Shown here piece after piece: positions 30,588 through 39,695 of a stretch of DNA of 64,000 bases; the first letter of the stretch is position 1, and every line of letters starts with the position of its first letter. Under the pieces are notes generated by a model that was not told the DNA's origin, did not search any database, and was given only the letters and a program-made list of their open reading frames with translations. This DNA comes from Candidatus Eiseniibacteriota bacterium. Its GTDB lineage: Bacteria > Eisenbacteria > RBG-16-71-46. The position numbers and the translations under genes were made by a program. The stretch covers positions 2,816,001 through 2,880,000 of the forward strand of contig OY970342.1 in assembly GCA_963717505.1 (NCBI GenBank), given 5' to 3'.

Positions 30588-31979
30588 ATGTCACCCCCCA
30601 GGTCGCAGATTTCACCCGAGCTTCACTTGAGTCAGGCTGTGGGTTCACGGGTCCTGGCTCTCGCGACACTCGTCGCGCTCGCCGCAGGGCCGGCACGGGC
30701 TGCCGAAGTCCTGGTTCCCTTCGATACGCGCGGCAAGGTCCTGGTGATCGACGCCCAGCTCGCCGATCGCATTGGGCTTTTTACCGCCGAGCATCCGGGC
30801 TTCTCCGAGGCAAGGCTCTTCCAACTCGCAGATTCGACGTTCGTGCTCGAGATCTCGCGCCGTGTCGGCGGCTCGCAGGTGCGCGACCGAATTCCACTCG
30901 ACTCGGCGGGCGCCGACTCCGTGAGAACGCTGGTGAACAGCCGAATCGTCGACCGTGCACCCTCCGCGCACTACGACCAGGAGGCGCGTCCGTTGCTCCT
31001 GGCAACCTCCGCGGTCATGGGATTCGGTTTCTATGGATGGGCGGCCACCGACCTGTTCGGCACCACCGACGAAGCAGCATTCGCGACCTACATGCTGACC
31101 ACCGCCGGTGCGATCCTGATCCCGAGCATTCTGACTCAACGGAGCAATGTGTCGTATCCGCAGGTCACGCTCAGTTTCTACGGCGCGACGCGCGGCATCG
31201 TTCACGGCGCGCTGATCGCCAATGCGGTGGATCCTGAAGGCGAGTCCGACTCCGACGACGACCTCGCGATCGCGCTCGGAGTGAGCGTGGGCGAGGCGCT
31301 ATTGGGCTATGCCGCCGGAACCGGGCTGACTCCTGGGCAATCCGCGGCGATCGGCCTCGGCGGGGACCTGGGATTGGGCTATGGCTTCGGAGGCGCCGAA
31401 CTGGCTGGGCGGGAGGACGAGGAACGAGACCTGATCGTTCTGGGCTCGGCTGCCGTCGGGCTGGCGGGCGGCTACGCGCTCGGTCAGTGGCGCGACTACA
31501 GCTACGGCGACGTGGGCATCATGCGCACCGGTGGATTCCTCGGCGCTTTCACCGGCTGGGCGCTCACCAACCACGACGGCGAGACCGATGACGAAGCGGT
31601 CATCGCGGCCAGCATGGCGGGCGCGGCGGTCGGGCTCGTGGTCGGCGACCGGATCGTCGACGGCGCCGGCTATTCGTTCGGCCAGAGCGTCAGCGTGGAT
31701 TTCGTGACGCTCTCGGGCGGGCTGATCGGCCTGAGCATCGCCGCACTCGTCGAATCGTCCAACGACGACTTCGACGAGCAGATGACCTCAACGATTACCG
31801 CGCTGGGCGCGATCGGCGGCTACGCCGGCGGCATCGCCACACAGGCGCGCGGCGGCCGCCCCGCCCGACAGTCTTCACTCCGGCTCGGCGTCGAGCCGCG
31901 CTGGGTATCGGCCCATGGCGGAAACGAAATGGTTCCGCACGTGGTCGCGCGACTCGCTTTGGGTGGCGCCGCCAGGTAG
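30588..31979 (+). CDS. Hypothetical protein with signal peptide, soluble N-domain and many glycine-zipper helices
   Basis: Repeated GxxxG hydrophobic segments separated by acidic loops; TATCAT just upstream of the ATG. Confidence 0.7.
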   Translation: MSPPRSQISPELHLSQAVGSRVLALATLVALAAGPARAAEVLVPFDTRGKVLVIDAQLADRIGLFTAEHPGFSEARLFQLADSTFVLEISRRVGGSQVRDRIPLDSAGADSVRTLVNSRIVDRAPSAHYDQEARPLLLATSAVMGFGFYGWAATDLFGTTDEAAFATYMLTTAGAILIPSILTQRSNVSYPQVTLSFYGATRGIVHGALIANAVDPEGESDSDDDLAIALGVSVGEALLGYAAGTGLTPGQSAAIGLGGDLGLGYGFGGAELAGREDEERDLIVLGSAAVGLAGGYALGQWRDYSYGDVGIMRTGGFLGAFTGWALTNHDGETDDEAVIAASMAGAAVGLVVGDRIVDGAGYSFGQSVSVDFVTLSGGLIGLSIAALVESSNDDFDEQMTSTITALGAIGGYAGGIATQARGGRPARQSSLRLGVEPRWVSAHGGNEMVPHVVARLALGGAAR

Positions 31980-32013
31980 CGTTCGACGGCGAGCAGGCGG
32001 ACGAGGCCGAACC

Positions 32014-32451
32014 ATGCGATCTCCGATTCTCGGGTTGATGCTGGCCGGGGCACTTGCCTCGTCGTGCGCCCGGGACGCGAAACCCCGAGGCCCGGATGCG
32101 GCTCCCGGGGCGTTGCGAGTCACCACCGACTCCACGTTCGCTCGCGACGTCCTGGACCCTGGCGAGCCCGCGGTGGTGGAGTTCTGGGCGCACATGTGCA
32201 TGCCGTGCTACCGGCTCGAGCCGCACTTGAAGAAGCTCAGCGCCCGGTACGCGGGACGGGTCACGTTCTGGAAGTTGAACGTGGGCTGGAATGCGAAGCC
32301 GCGATATGTGTACGACTTCCACGCGGTGCCGACGATGATCTTCTACCGCGGGGGCCGCGAGGTCGCGCGCCAGGTGGGAATGCCCTCACCGGGGACGGAT
32401 GAAGCCCTGGTTCGTTTCGTCGAGCAGGGACTCCAGACGTCGCTCGAGTGA
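32014..32451 (+). CDS. Thioredoxin-family lipoprotein
   Basis: Lipobox LASSC; VVEFWAHMCMPC; AVPTMIFY. Confidence 0.85.
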   Translation: MRSPILGLMLAGALASSCARDAKPRGPDAAPGALRVTTDSTFARDVLDPGEPAVVEFWAHMCMPCYRLEPHLKKLSARYAGRVTFWKLNVGWNAKPRYVYDFHAVPTMIFYRGGREVARQVGMPSPGTDEALVRFVEQGLQTSLE

Positions 32452-32477
32452 CGGCGATCAGCGCCTCGCTGGATCGG

Positions 32478-33857
32478 TCAGCGTCCGCCGGTATTGGCCG
32501 ACGAAACGCCGAGGTCGACGTCGTCGACCCCGTCCAACCGAACCAGGTCCTTGTGGAGCGGCTGCCAGCCACCGGCCAGCGCCCCGAAGGTCAAATCCTC
32601 GGTCGACGGCAGCTCCTCCATCATGACGAAGGCGGCGCCGGCGATCAGTCGGGCCAGCACGGCGCGGCTGTCGTCCGAGTTCTTGGCGCTGGTGCGTTTG
32701 GCTTCGAGCACCTGGACCAGCGTGGTGCCCTCGCCGACCACTTCCTGCCACTTGGCCTCGATCTGCTTCGCCCGGGTCGGGTTCGAGGATCGAGTCTCTT
32801 CGGTGACCAACGAATAGGTGTCGGGCGCGCCCTCGGGCATGTACGCGGTCCAGACCACGCGCGCCTTCATGGTGCGCGGCTCGGACCGGCGGGCGAGGGT
32901 GGCGCCGTCCTTGGTCGCGATCACTTCGTACTCCATGTCGACCTTGACCGTGCGTATGCGGGCGACGACTTCGATCGGGACCTCGATCCAGCGCGTCGTC
33001 TTGGTGCCGTCTTCGTTGCGGTCGGTCACGCGACGCACGACGCGGTCGGTGAAGAAGTGAATGCCGGACTTGGAGTCGACTTCGCCGATTGTGCCCCAGA
33101 CGACCCGCTCTGCGCCGGCCTTGCGACCGAGGCGAATGGCGTCGTCGCGGCTCATGCGGTCGAGGTCGGCGACCCGCATCGCGCGCTCGACGTCCTCCAC
33201 CGGCAGGATCCGCGTGAAGTAGGCGCCGGGGTCGGCCATGCGCTCGACCACCTCCCCGCGCCACGACGCTGCGACGTCGCGCCCCATGCGGGCGCTGCCC
33301 GAGGTCGAACGCAGGGGCAGGATGGCGACCCGGGTCAGGGCCTGTTCCAGCGCCCGGTCGGCGAGTGAAGCGGCGTCTCGATAGTTGGGGGAGAACTCTT
33401 CGGCGCGCACGAAGTAGCGATAGGCGCTCTTCGGCCGGTGCGACTTGAGGTCGGTCGTGCCGCGCGCGTAGCACGCGCGCGCCGCGCCGTCTCTCAGCGT
33501 GCGCTCCTCGCGCACCCAGCCGGGATCGACCTGGACGGTCGTGTAGCGCACCGCGCCGGCGCGGAACGCGACGAACTCCATGACCTGTTCGGCCGCCTCG
33601 AGCGAGTCGACCATCGCCATGCCGCGAATGCGGCGTTGCCAGTCGGACGCGATGGCGGTGGCGGCGGCACCCGCGGCTGCGCGCGCTTCGGCGTTGCCCG
33701 GCGCCTTGTCGAGCGCCTTGGTGGCCAGCGTCCACGCTCGCCACAGGTCGCCCTTGGCCAGCTTGTCTTCGCTCTGACGTGCGAGCTTCGAGGGCCCCGC
33801 ACAACCGAGCACCATCACCATGGCGACGAGAACCAGCAAGATCGAAGTGCGACGCAT
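32478..33857 (-). CDS. Hypothetical lipoprotein (TPR-like helices plus CsgG/TolB-N-like domain)
   Basis: MRRTSILLVLVAMVMVLGC lipobox; YRDAASL; RVAILPL; GGAGG RBS. Confidence 0.72.
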   Translation of the reverse strand: MRRTSILLVLVAMVMVLGCAGPSKLARQSEDKLAKGDLWRAWTLATKALDKAPGNAEARAAAGAAATAIASDWQRRIRGMAMVDSLEAAEQVMEFVAFRAGAVRYTTVQVDPGWVREERTLRDGAARACYARGTTDLKSHRPKSAYRYFVRAEEFSPNYRDAASLADRALEQALTRVAILPLRSTSGSARMGRDVAASWRGEVVERMADPGAYFTRILPVEDVERAMRVADLDRMSRDDAIRLGRKAGAERVVWGTIGEVDSKSGIHFFTDRVVRRVTDRNEDGTKTTRWIEVPIEVVARIRTVKVDMEYEVIATKDGATLARRSEPRTMKARVVWTAYMPEGAPDTYSLVTEETRSSNPTRAKQIEAKWQEVVGEGTTLVQVLEAKRTSAKNSDDSRAVLARLIAGAAFVMMEELPSTEDLTFGALAGGWQPLHKDLVRLDGVDDVDLGVSSANTGGR

Positions 33858-33926
33858 GATCGGCCTCCCTTTCGGCCGGTTATCGGCGGGCCCCGGGTCG
33901 GACTCCATCTCTGCTAGGGTCCCCTG

Positions 33927-35171
33927 GTGGACGTCGCGGCGACGTTTCAGACCCTCGGGATTTCCCTGGGGCTCGGGCTGCTGGTCGGGATCCAGCGCGA
34001 GCGCGTGGATGCTCCGCTTGCTGGGGTCCGGACCTTTGCGCTGATCACCCTCCTGGGCACCCTCTCGGGGATGCTGGTCCCGGCGGTCGGGCCCTGGATC
34101 GTCGCCGCCGGGGCCCTCGGGGTCGCGATCGCCACCGCTACCGGCAACCTGCTGTTCCTCAAGCACGAACGACCGGACACCGGGATCACCACCGAGATCG
34201 CAATCCTGCTGATGTACGTGCTGGGGGCGTATCTCGTGTTCGGCCATCGCCAGGTCGCGGTCGTGATCGGCGCGGGCGTCGCCGTGCTCCTCCACGCCAA
34301 GCCGGTCATGCACGGGTTCGTCAAGCGCCTGGGCGAGACCGACATGCGCGTCATGATGCAGTTCGTGCTCATCACGCTGGTCATCTTGCCGGTGCTGCCC
34401 AACGAGACATTCGGACCCCTGGGCGTGCTCAATCCGCGCGAGATCTGGTGGATGGTGGTGCTGGTCGTGGGGCTGAGCCTCACCGGCTACATCGCGCTCA
34501 AGCTCTACGGCCAGCGAGCCGGCGTGCTGCTGGCGGGTGTGATCGGAGGCGTGGTGTCGTCGACCGCGACCACCGTGAGCTACGCGCGGCGGACCTCGGG
34601 CACCGAAGGCCAGGTCGCGGCTGCGGCCCTGGTGATCATGCTGGCGGCGACCGTGGTCTACGTGCGCGTCCTGATCGAAATCTCGATCACGGCCGGGTCG
34701 AGATTCGCGGGCATGGCGCCGCCGGTCTCGATCCTGTTGCTGGTGTCGACCGGGCTGTGCGCGATGCTGTGGTGGCGGACCCGGCGCGTCCACGTCGAGA
34801 TGCCGCAGCTCGAAAACCCGACCGAACTCAAACCCGCGATCGTGTTCGGCGTGCTGTATGCGGTGGTCCTGATCGCCGTCGCCGCCGCGCAGAACTACTT
34901 CGGTCACCGCGGGGTCTATCTGGCGGCGGGGATTTCCGGCCTCACCGACATGGATGCGATCACGCTGAGCACCTCGCGCCTCGCGGCGCGCGACGCCCTG
35001 CCGGCCGGGGTCGCGTGGCGTGCGATCGTCCTTGCCGCGCTTAGCAACCTGGTGTTCAAGGCCGGCGTGGTACTCGCGCTCGGCGGACCGGCGCTCGGCC
35101 GGCGGGTCGGCGCGCTGTTCGCGGTCAAAATCGCGGTCGGATTCCTGCTCGTCGGGCTGTGGCCGAGTTGA
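33927..35171 (+). CDS. MgtC/SapB family, DUF4010 membrane protein
   Basis: LGLLVGIQRE, AGVRTF, GITTE, LPVLPN, GGVVSSTATT and GLTDMDAI. Confidence 0.9.
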   Translation: MDVAATFQTLGISLGLGLLVGIQRERVDAPLAGVRTFALITLLGTLSGMLVPAVGPWIVAAGALGVAIATATGNLLFLKHERPDTGITTEIAILLMYVLGAYLVFGHRQVAVVIGAGVAVLLHAKPVMHGFVKRLGETDMRVMMQFVLITLVILPVLPNETFGPLGVLNPREIWWMVVLVVGLSLTGYIALKLYGQRAGVLLAGVIGGVVSSTATTVSYARRTSGTEGQVAAAALVIMLAATVVYVRVLIEISITAGSRFAGMAPPVSILLLVSTGLCAMLWWRTRRVHVEMPQLENPTELKPAIVFGVLYAVVLIAVAAAQNYFGHRGVYLAAGISGLTDMDAITLSTSRLAARDALPAGVAWRAIVLAALSNLVFKAGVVLALGGPALGRRVGALFAVKIAVGFLLVGLWPS

Positions 35172-35184
35172 GTCGTCGCGGCTC

Positions 35185-36294
35185 CTACGACGGAGCCCCC
35201 GGGAGCCAGCGCGAAGCCGAGAGGCACGAGAGAAAAACGATGAACTGAAGCGTGACCGCCGCGAGCACCACGCCACGCCCGCCCAGCCGGTTGGCGCCCG
35301 GCAGCGCCGACAGATGGCGGGTCACGCGGTGAATCGAAATCGGGCCGAGGATCGAGAGCATGACCACACTGGGCATCAGGACCCAGCTGCCGATCTCCGT
35401 GCTCTGCGTCGACAGCAGTCCGAGGACCAGGGTGGCGGCGCCCATCCACATCCAGAGGCCACCTTTTCCACGCCAAGGCTGGGTCGGCAGCGCGAGGGTC
35501 AGCACAGCCGCCAGCGTCAGCACGCCCAGCTTCCCGAGCAGGTGGTCGCCGATGTAATGGAGGAGCGAGGCGCCGTTGAAACTCAGCGTGCGCAGCGGAG
35601 CTTCCCACGCATTCAGGTTCAGCGATGGCCCGACGGCGCTCAGCAGGGCGAAGTAGCCGCCGCCGACCATGGCGACCAAAGCCCCGGCAAACGGCAGAAG
35701 CCGGTTGCGATCGTCGAGGGCGGTGGCGAATACCGCCCCGGCGATGAACCAGACCGCGTGCGGTCCACTGAAGAATGCGAAGCTGAACAACAGAGCCGAA
35801 GCCAGTGCCCCAAAGAAGCCGAACGTCACCCGCAGCACGTAGAAGGCGAGCAAGGACATCAGCAGCATCGTGGACTCGGGGCGAACGAACCCCGGGGGTT
35901 CGACCAGCAGCCCGAACCCGAGAAACACGAACCCCGCGCTCGCGGCAGCCAGCGTCCAGCTCTCGGTTTCGCGCCGGACGCTGAGCAGCACCAGGCCTGC
36001 GATCAACAACGTGGTGATCACGGTCAGGGTTCTCGGAATCCAGAGTCCGGCGCCGAACAGGCCCACCGCCGGCGAGATCGCGATGGGGACGCCCGGCATC
36101 ATCGAGGGCACAGGCGGAACGCGCTCGAGGTAGAGGGGCTGGCCATGCGCGAATCGATCCGCGTGCTCGAGCACCGACAGCTCGACCGGGTTCAGGGCGA
36201 CGATCATCATGTAGCGCGCGGTCACGTAGGCAAAGGTCAGAAGCCCCAGCGCCGAGAGCGTGAAGATCAGTCTACGGAGGATGCGAAGAGCCAT
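35185..36294 (-). CDS. Polytopic membrane protein, possibly a divergent GT-C family member
   Basis: About 10 hydrophobic segments; HGQPLY loop after TM1; VRPES. Confidence 0.6.
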   Translation of the reverse strand: MALRILRRLIFTLSALGLLTFAYVTARYMMIVALNPVELSVLEHADRFAHGQPLYLERVPPVPSMMPGVPIAISPAVGLFGAGLWIPRTLTVITTLLIAGLVLLSVRRETESWTLAAASAGFVFLGFGLLVEPPGFVRPESTMLLMSLLAFYVLRVTFGFFGALASALLFSFAFFSGPHAVWFIAGAVFATALDDRNRLLPFAGALVAMVGGGYFALLSAVGPSLNLNAWEAPLRTLSFNGASLLHYIGDHLLGKLGVLTLAAVLTLALPTQPWRGKGGLWMWMGAATLVLGLLSTQSTEIGSWVLMPSVVMLSILGPISIHRVTRHLSALPGANRLGGRGVVLAAVTLQFIVFLSCLSASRWLPGAPS

Positions 36295-36588
36295 CGTGCG
36301 TCCTTGGGATCGGGGTGGCGATGCCTCAAGTCCGTGGGTGCGACGCGGCCCATCGGTTATCGGCGGAGTCGCGGACGCGTACAGACGCGCGCCCCCGACT
36401 CACCAGGAATCCCTCCCCGGAGCGCACGGAGGCGGCAGAACGCGGCGCGGAATGCACGATGACGCGCATTCGGGCGTGCGGAACTCCGGAACGCGGTTCG
36501 CCGCTGCCGCCAATCGCAATGCTGCCGTCGCCGGCCCCAGGCCGGCTCCCCGTTGCGGTCGCGCGGCGCCGGCTGGCATTGTGCGCCG

Positions 36589-37944
36589 ATGGACCGCGCC
36601 GTGACGCCAGGTGTCGAAGGCCGCGCGACCTCGGCGTCGTCGCCGGGTCTGGTCCGCGGCGTCGGTTTGCTCGCCATGATCGCATTGATGATCAATGCCG
36701 TCATCGGCGCCGGAATCTTCGGACTCCCTTCGCGCGTCCACGCGATTGCGGGACCTTACGGGCTGCTCGCGTTCCTCGGGTGCGGCCTGGTGATCGCGCT
36801 CATTGGTCTGTGCTTCGCTGAAGTCACGAGCCGATTCAGCGAGACCGGCGGGCCCTACCTCTACACGCGGCGCGCATTCGGGCCGGTTCCCGCCTTCGCG
36901 ATCGGCTGGCTCATGTGGGTCACCCGAGTCACGGCGGTCGCCGCGATCGCGAACGTCATGATCAACTACCTCGCCGGCTTCTGGCCCGCGGGCGGCGATG
37001 GAATGGGTCGCACGCTCGTGATCGTCGCCGCCGTGCTGGCGCTGACCGCAATCATCGCCTCGGGCGTGCGCCAGTCCGCGGGTGCGGCCATGGCGTTCAC
37101 GGTCGCCAAGCTCATTCCCCTGTTCCTGTTCGTCGGGCTGGGATTGTTCGCCCTCGACGTCGAACGCTTTTCGGCTGGGACCCCTCCCGGCCCGGGCGCG
37201 TTTGGCGAGGCCGTCCTGTTGCTGGTGTTTGCGTTCGGCGGCTTCGAGGGGACGGTGGTGCTCGCCGGCGAGTCGAAGAACCCTCGGCGCGATCTGCCGC
37301 TGGCATTGTTCGCCTCGCTGACCGTGATCACCGTGCTCTACGTGCTCATCCAGGTGGTGTGCGTCGGCACGCTGCCCGGACTGGCGGAGTCGTCCCGGCC
37401 GATCGCGGACGCCAGCGCACGGTTCATGGGCGTGGCCGGCGCGGCGATGGTCACGCTCGGCGCTCTGATCTCGACCAGCGGAACCATGTTCGGCGCGATG
37501 CTCTCCGGCCCGCGCGTTCTGTACGCGATGGCGGAGCAGGGCCAGCTGCCGCCGTGGTTCGCAACCACGCACCCCCACACCAAGACGCCGCTGGTCGCGA
37601 TCGCGCTGACCTCGCTCGCGTCTCTGCTGCTCGCGACCTCGGGGACCTTTGCCGGGCTGGCCAACCTGAGTGCGATCACTCGGGTGTTGATCTACGTGGG
37701 CACCGCCGGCGCGTTGATTGCTCTCCGTCGGCGTGCCGGCGAGGCACCGGCGCAGGTGCGCCTTCCGGGCGGGGACGCCATCGCGGTCCTGGCGATCGTG
37801 GCCTGCGGGTGGTTGCTGACCCGAACCAAAGTCCGCGAGCTGCGGGACGTCGCGATCGCCGTAGGCGTCGGACTGGCGCTCTACGCCGTCCAGCGCGTCC
37901 TGGTGCGGCGGAAGGGGAACCTCGGTCCCGTGGAGGGGCAATGA
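36589..37944 (+). CDS. APC family amino acid permease
   Basis: VIGAGIFGLP, TGGPYLY, FAFGGFE, AGESKNPRRDLP and PRVLYAMA. Confidence 0.92.
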   Translation: MDRAVTPGVEGRATSASSPGLVRGVGLLAMIALMINAVIGAGIFGLPSRVHAIAGPYGLLAFLGCGLVIALIGLCFAEVTSRFSETGGPYLYTRRAFGPVPAFAIGWLMWVTRVTAVAAIANVMINYLAGFWPAGGDGMGRTLVIVAAVLALTAIIASGVRQSAGAAMAFTVAKLIPLFLFVGLGLFALDVERFSAGTPPGPGAFGEAVLLLVFAFGGFEGTVVLAGESKNPRRDLPLALFASLTVITVLYVLIQVVCVGTLPGLAESSRPIADASARFMGVAGAAMVTLGALISTSGTMFGAMLSGPRVLYAMAEQGQLPPWFATTHPHTKTPLVAIALTSLASLLLATSGTFAGLANLSAITRVLIYVGTAGALIALRRRAGEAPAQVRLPGGDAIAVLAIVACGWLLTRTKVRELRDVAIAVGVGLALYAVQRVLVRRKGNLGPVEGQ

Positions 37945-39695
37945 CCCTGACGTTGCTCGCGCTCGGCGTGCTCGCCGCACTCGCGGCCGGCTACTTCGTC
38001 TACGGTTCGTTCGTCGCGCGGCAGTTCCAGCTCGACGACGCCCGCAGCACGCCGGCGGTCGAGCGCAACGATGGCGTCGATTTCGTTCCGACGCGCCCCT
38101 TCTACCTGATGGGCCAACACTTCTCGGCGATCGCCGCCGCCGGCCCGATCGTCGGCCCGATCGCCGCGTGCATGGCGTTCGGCTGGTTGCCGTGCTTGCT
38201 CTGGATCGGGCTCGGCGTCGTGTTCATCGGCGCGGTCCACGACTTCGCGGCACTGGTCGCCTCGATTCGCCACGGCGCACATTCGATCGCCGAGGTCGCC
38301 AAGCAGAACATCGGCACGCGTGGCTATCTGGCGCTGGTCGCGTTCATCTGGCTGGCGCTGATCTACGTCATCGTCGCGTTCACCGACGTGACCGCCGCCG
38401 GATTCCTGGGCAACGATCCCGAGCTGCAGGCGATCCGGGCCGACTTCAATCGCGGGGGTGCGGTGGCCATGGCGAGCACGCTCTACCTGGCCCTGGCGCT
38501 GCTCCTCGGGCTCGTTCAGTGGCGGCTCAAGCCGCCGATGTGGCTGGTGACGCTGGTCTTCGTTCCCGCGACCCTCGGCATGGTCTGGCTCGGCACCCAG
38601 TGGTCGGGGGTGCTGCTGTTCGACGCCCGCACCTGGTATTTCGCGATCCTGCTCTACTGCTTCGTGGCTTCGATGCTGCCGCTCTGGTTGCTCCAGCAGT
38701 CACGCGGGTTCCTGGGCGGCTTCGTGCTCTACCTGTCGCTCGCCCTGGGCGTGGCGGGCCTCTTGTTCGGGGGCTTCGAGATCCAGCAGCCGATGGTCCG
38801 TCACGTCGACACCAATATCCTGTCATGGTTCGGCGCGGGCACGGAAAAGGACATGGGCGTTCTCCTGTTCCCGTTCCTGTTCGTGACGATCGCGTGCGGA
38901 GCGTGCTCGGGATTCCACGGCCTGGTATGCGGGGGCACCACCTCGCGCCAGATCGCGAAGGAATCCCACTGCAAGCCGATCGCCTTCGGATCCATGCTGC
39001 TCGAGGGTTTCGTCGCCGTGATCGCGCTCGCGACCATCATGATCGTGGCGCCGAGTGCTGCGGGTGAGAACCGCGCGCCGGGGGTGATCTACGGTGAAGG
39101 CCTGGCGCGGTTCATGACGACGCTGTTCGGCGACCGGCATCTGATCTTCGCCAAGACGTTCGGCACCATGGTCATGGCGACATTCGTGTTCGACACGCTC
39201 GACGTTTCGACCCGGCTCGGCCGCTACCTGTTGCAGGAACTGACCGGACGCAAGGGCCGGATCGCCAGCGTGGTGGCCGCGGCGGTCACCGCCGGGGTTC
39301 CACTGGCGATCCTGCTCGGAGCCGAGCCCGGGAGCTGGCGCAAGTTCTGGACGTTGTTCGGGACCAGCAATCAGCTGCTCGCCGCGCTGACGTTGCTGGG
39401 GATCACCGTTTGGCTCGCGCGCAACGGCCGGCGCTACGCCTATGTGGCGCTGCCGATGGTGTTCGTCATGGTCATCACCCTGACCGCACTGGTCGTCCAG
39501 ATCCTGGGGGCGGCGCGCACCATCGCCACGAGCGGATGGCGTCTCGACGCGACGGCATTCAATGCGATCACGAGCGTCGCCCTGTTGGTCCTGGCCCTGG
39601 TGTTCATCGTCGAGGCGCTGCGTGCCGGGCGGCGGCCCGGTCCGGCCGAGCCGCGATCCGAGCCGAGACGGGTTCTACTCGCCGCCGATCCGTAG
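37941..39695 (+). CDS. cstA: Carbon starvation protein A family transporter
   Basis: DGVDFVPT, HFSAIAAAGPIVGP, GAVHDF, FVTIACGACSGFH and LFGTSNQLLAAL; ATGA overlap with the APC gene. Confidence 0.92.
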   Translation: MTLTLLALGVLAALAAGYFVYGSFVARQFQLDDARSTPAVERNDGVDFVPTRPFYLMGQHFSAIAAAGPIVGPIAACMAFGWLPCLLWIGLGVVFIGAVHDFAALVASIRHGAHSIAEVAKQNIGTRGYLALVAFIWLALIYVIVAFTDVTAAGFLGNDPELQAIRADFNRGGAVAMASTLYLALALLLGLVQWRLKPPMWLVTLVFVPATLGMVWLGTQWSGVLLFDARTWYFAILLYCFVASMLPLWLLQQSRGFLGGFVLYLSLALGVAGLLFGGFEIQQPMVRHVDTNILSWFGAGTEKDMGVLLFPFLFVTIACGACSGFHGLVCGGTTSRQIAKESHCKPIAFGSMLLEGFVAVIALATIMIVAPSAAGENRAPGVIYGEGLARFMTTLFGDRHLIFAKTFGTMVMATFVFDTLDVSTRLGRYLLQELTGRKGRIASVVAAAVTAGVPLAILLGAEPGSWRKFWTLFGTSNQLLAALTLLGITVWLARNGRRYAYVALPMVFVMVITLTALVVQILGAARTIATSGWRLDATAFNAITSVALLVLALVFIVEALRAGRRPGPAEPRSEPRRVLLAADP

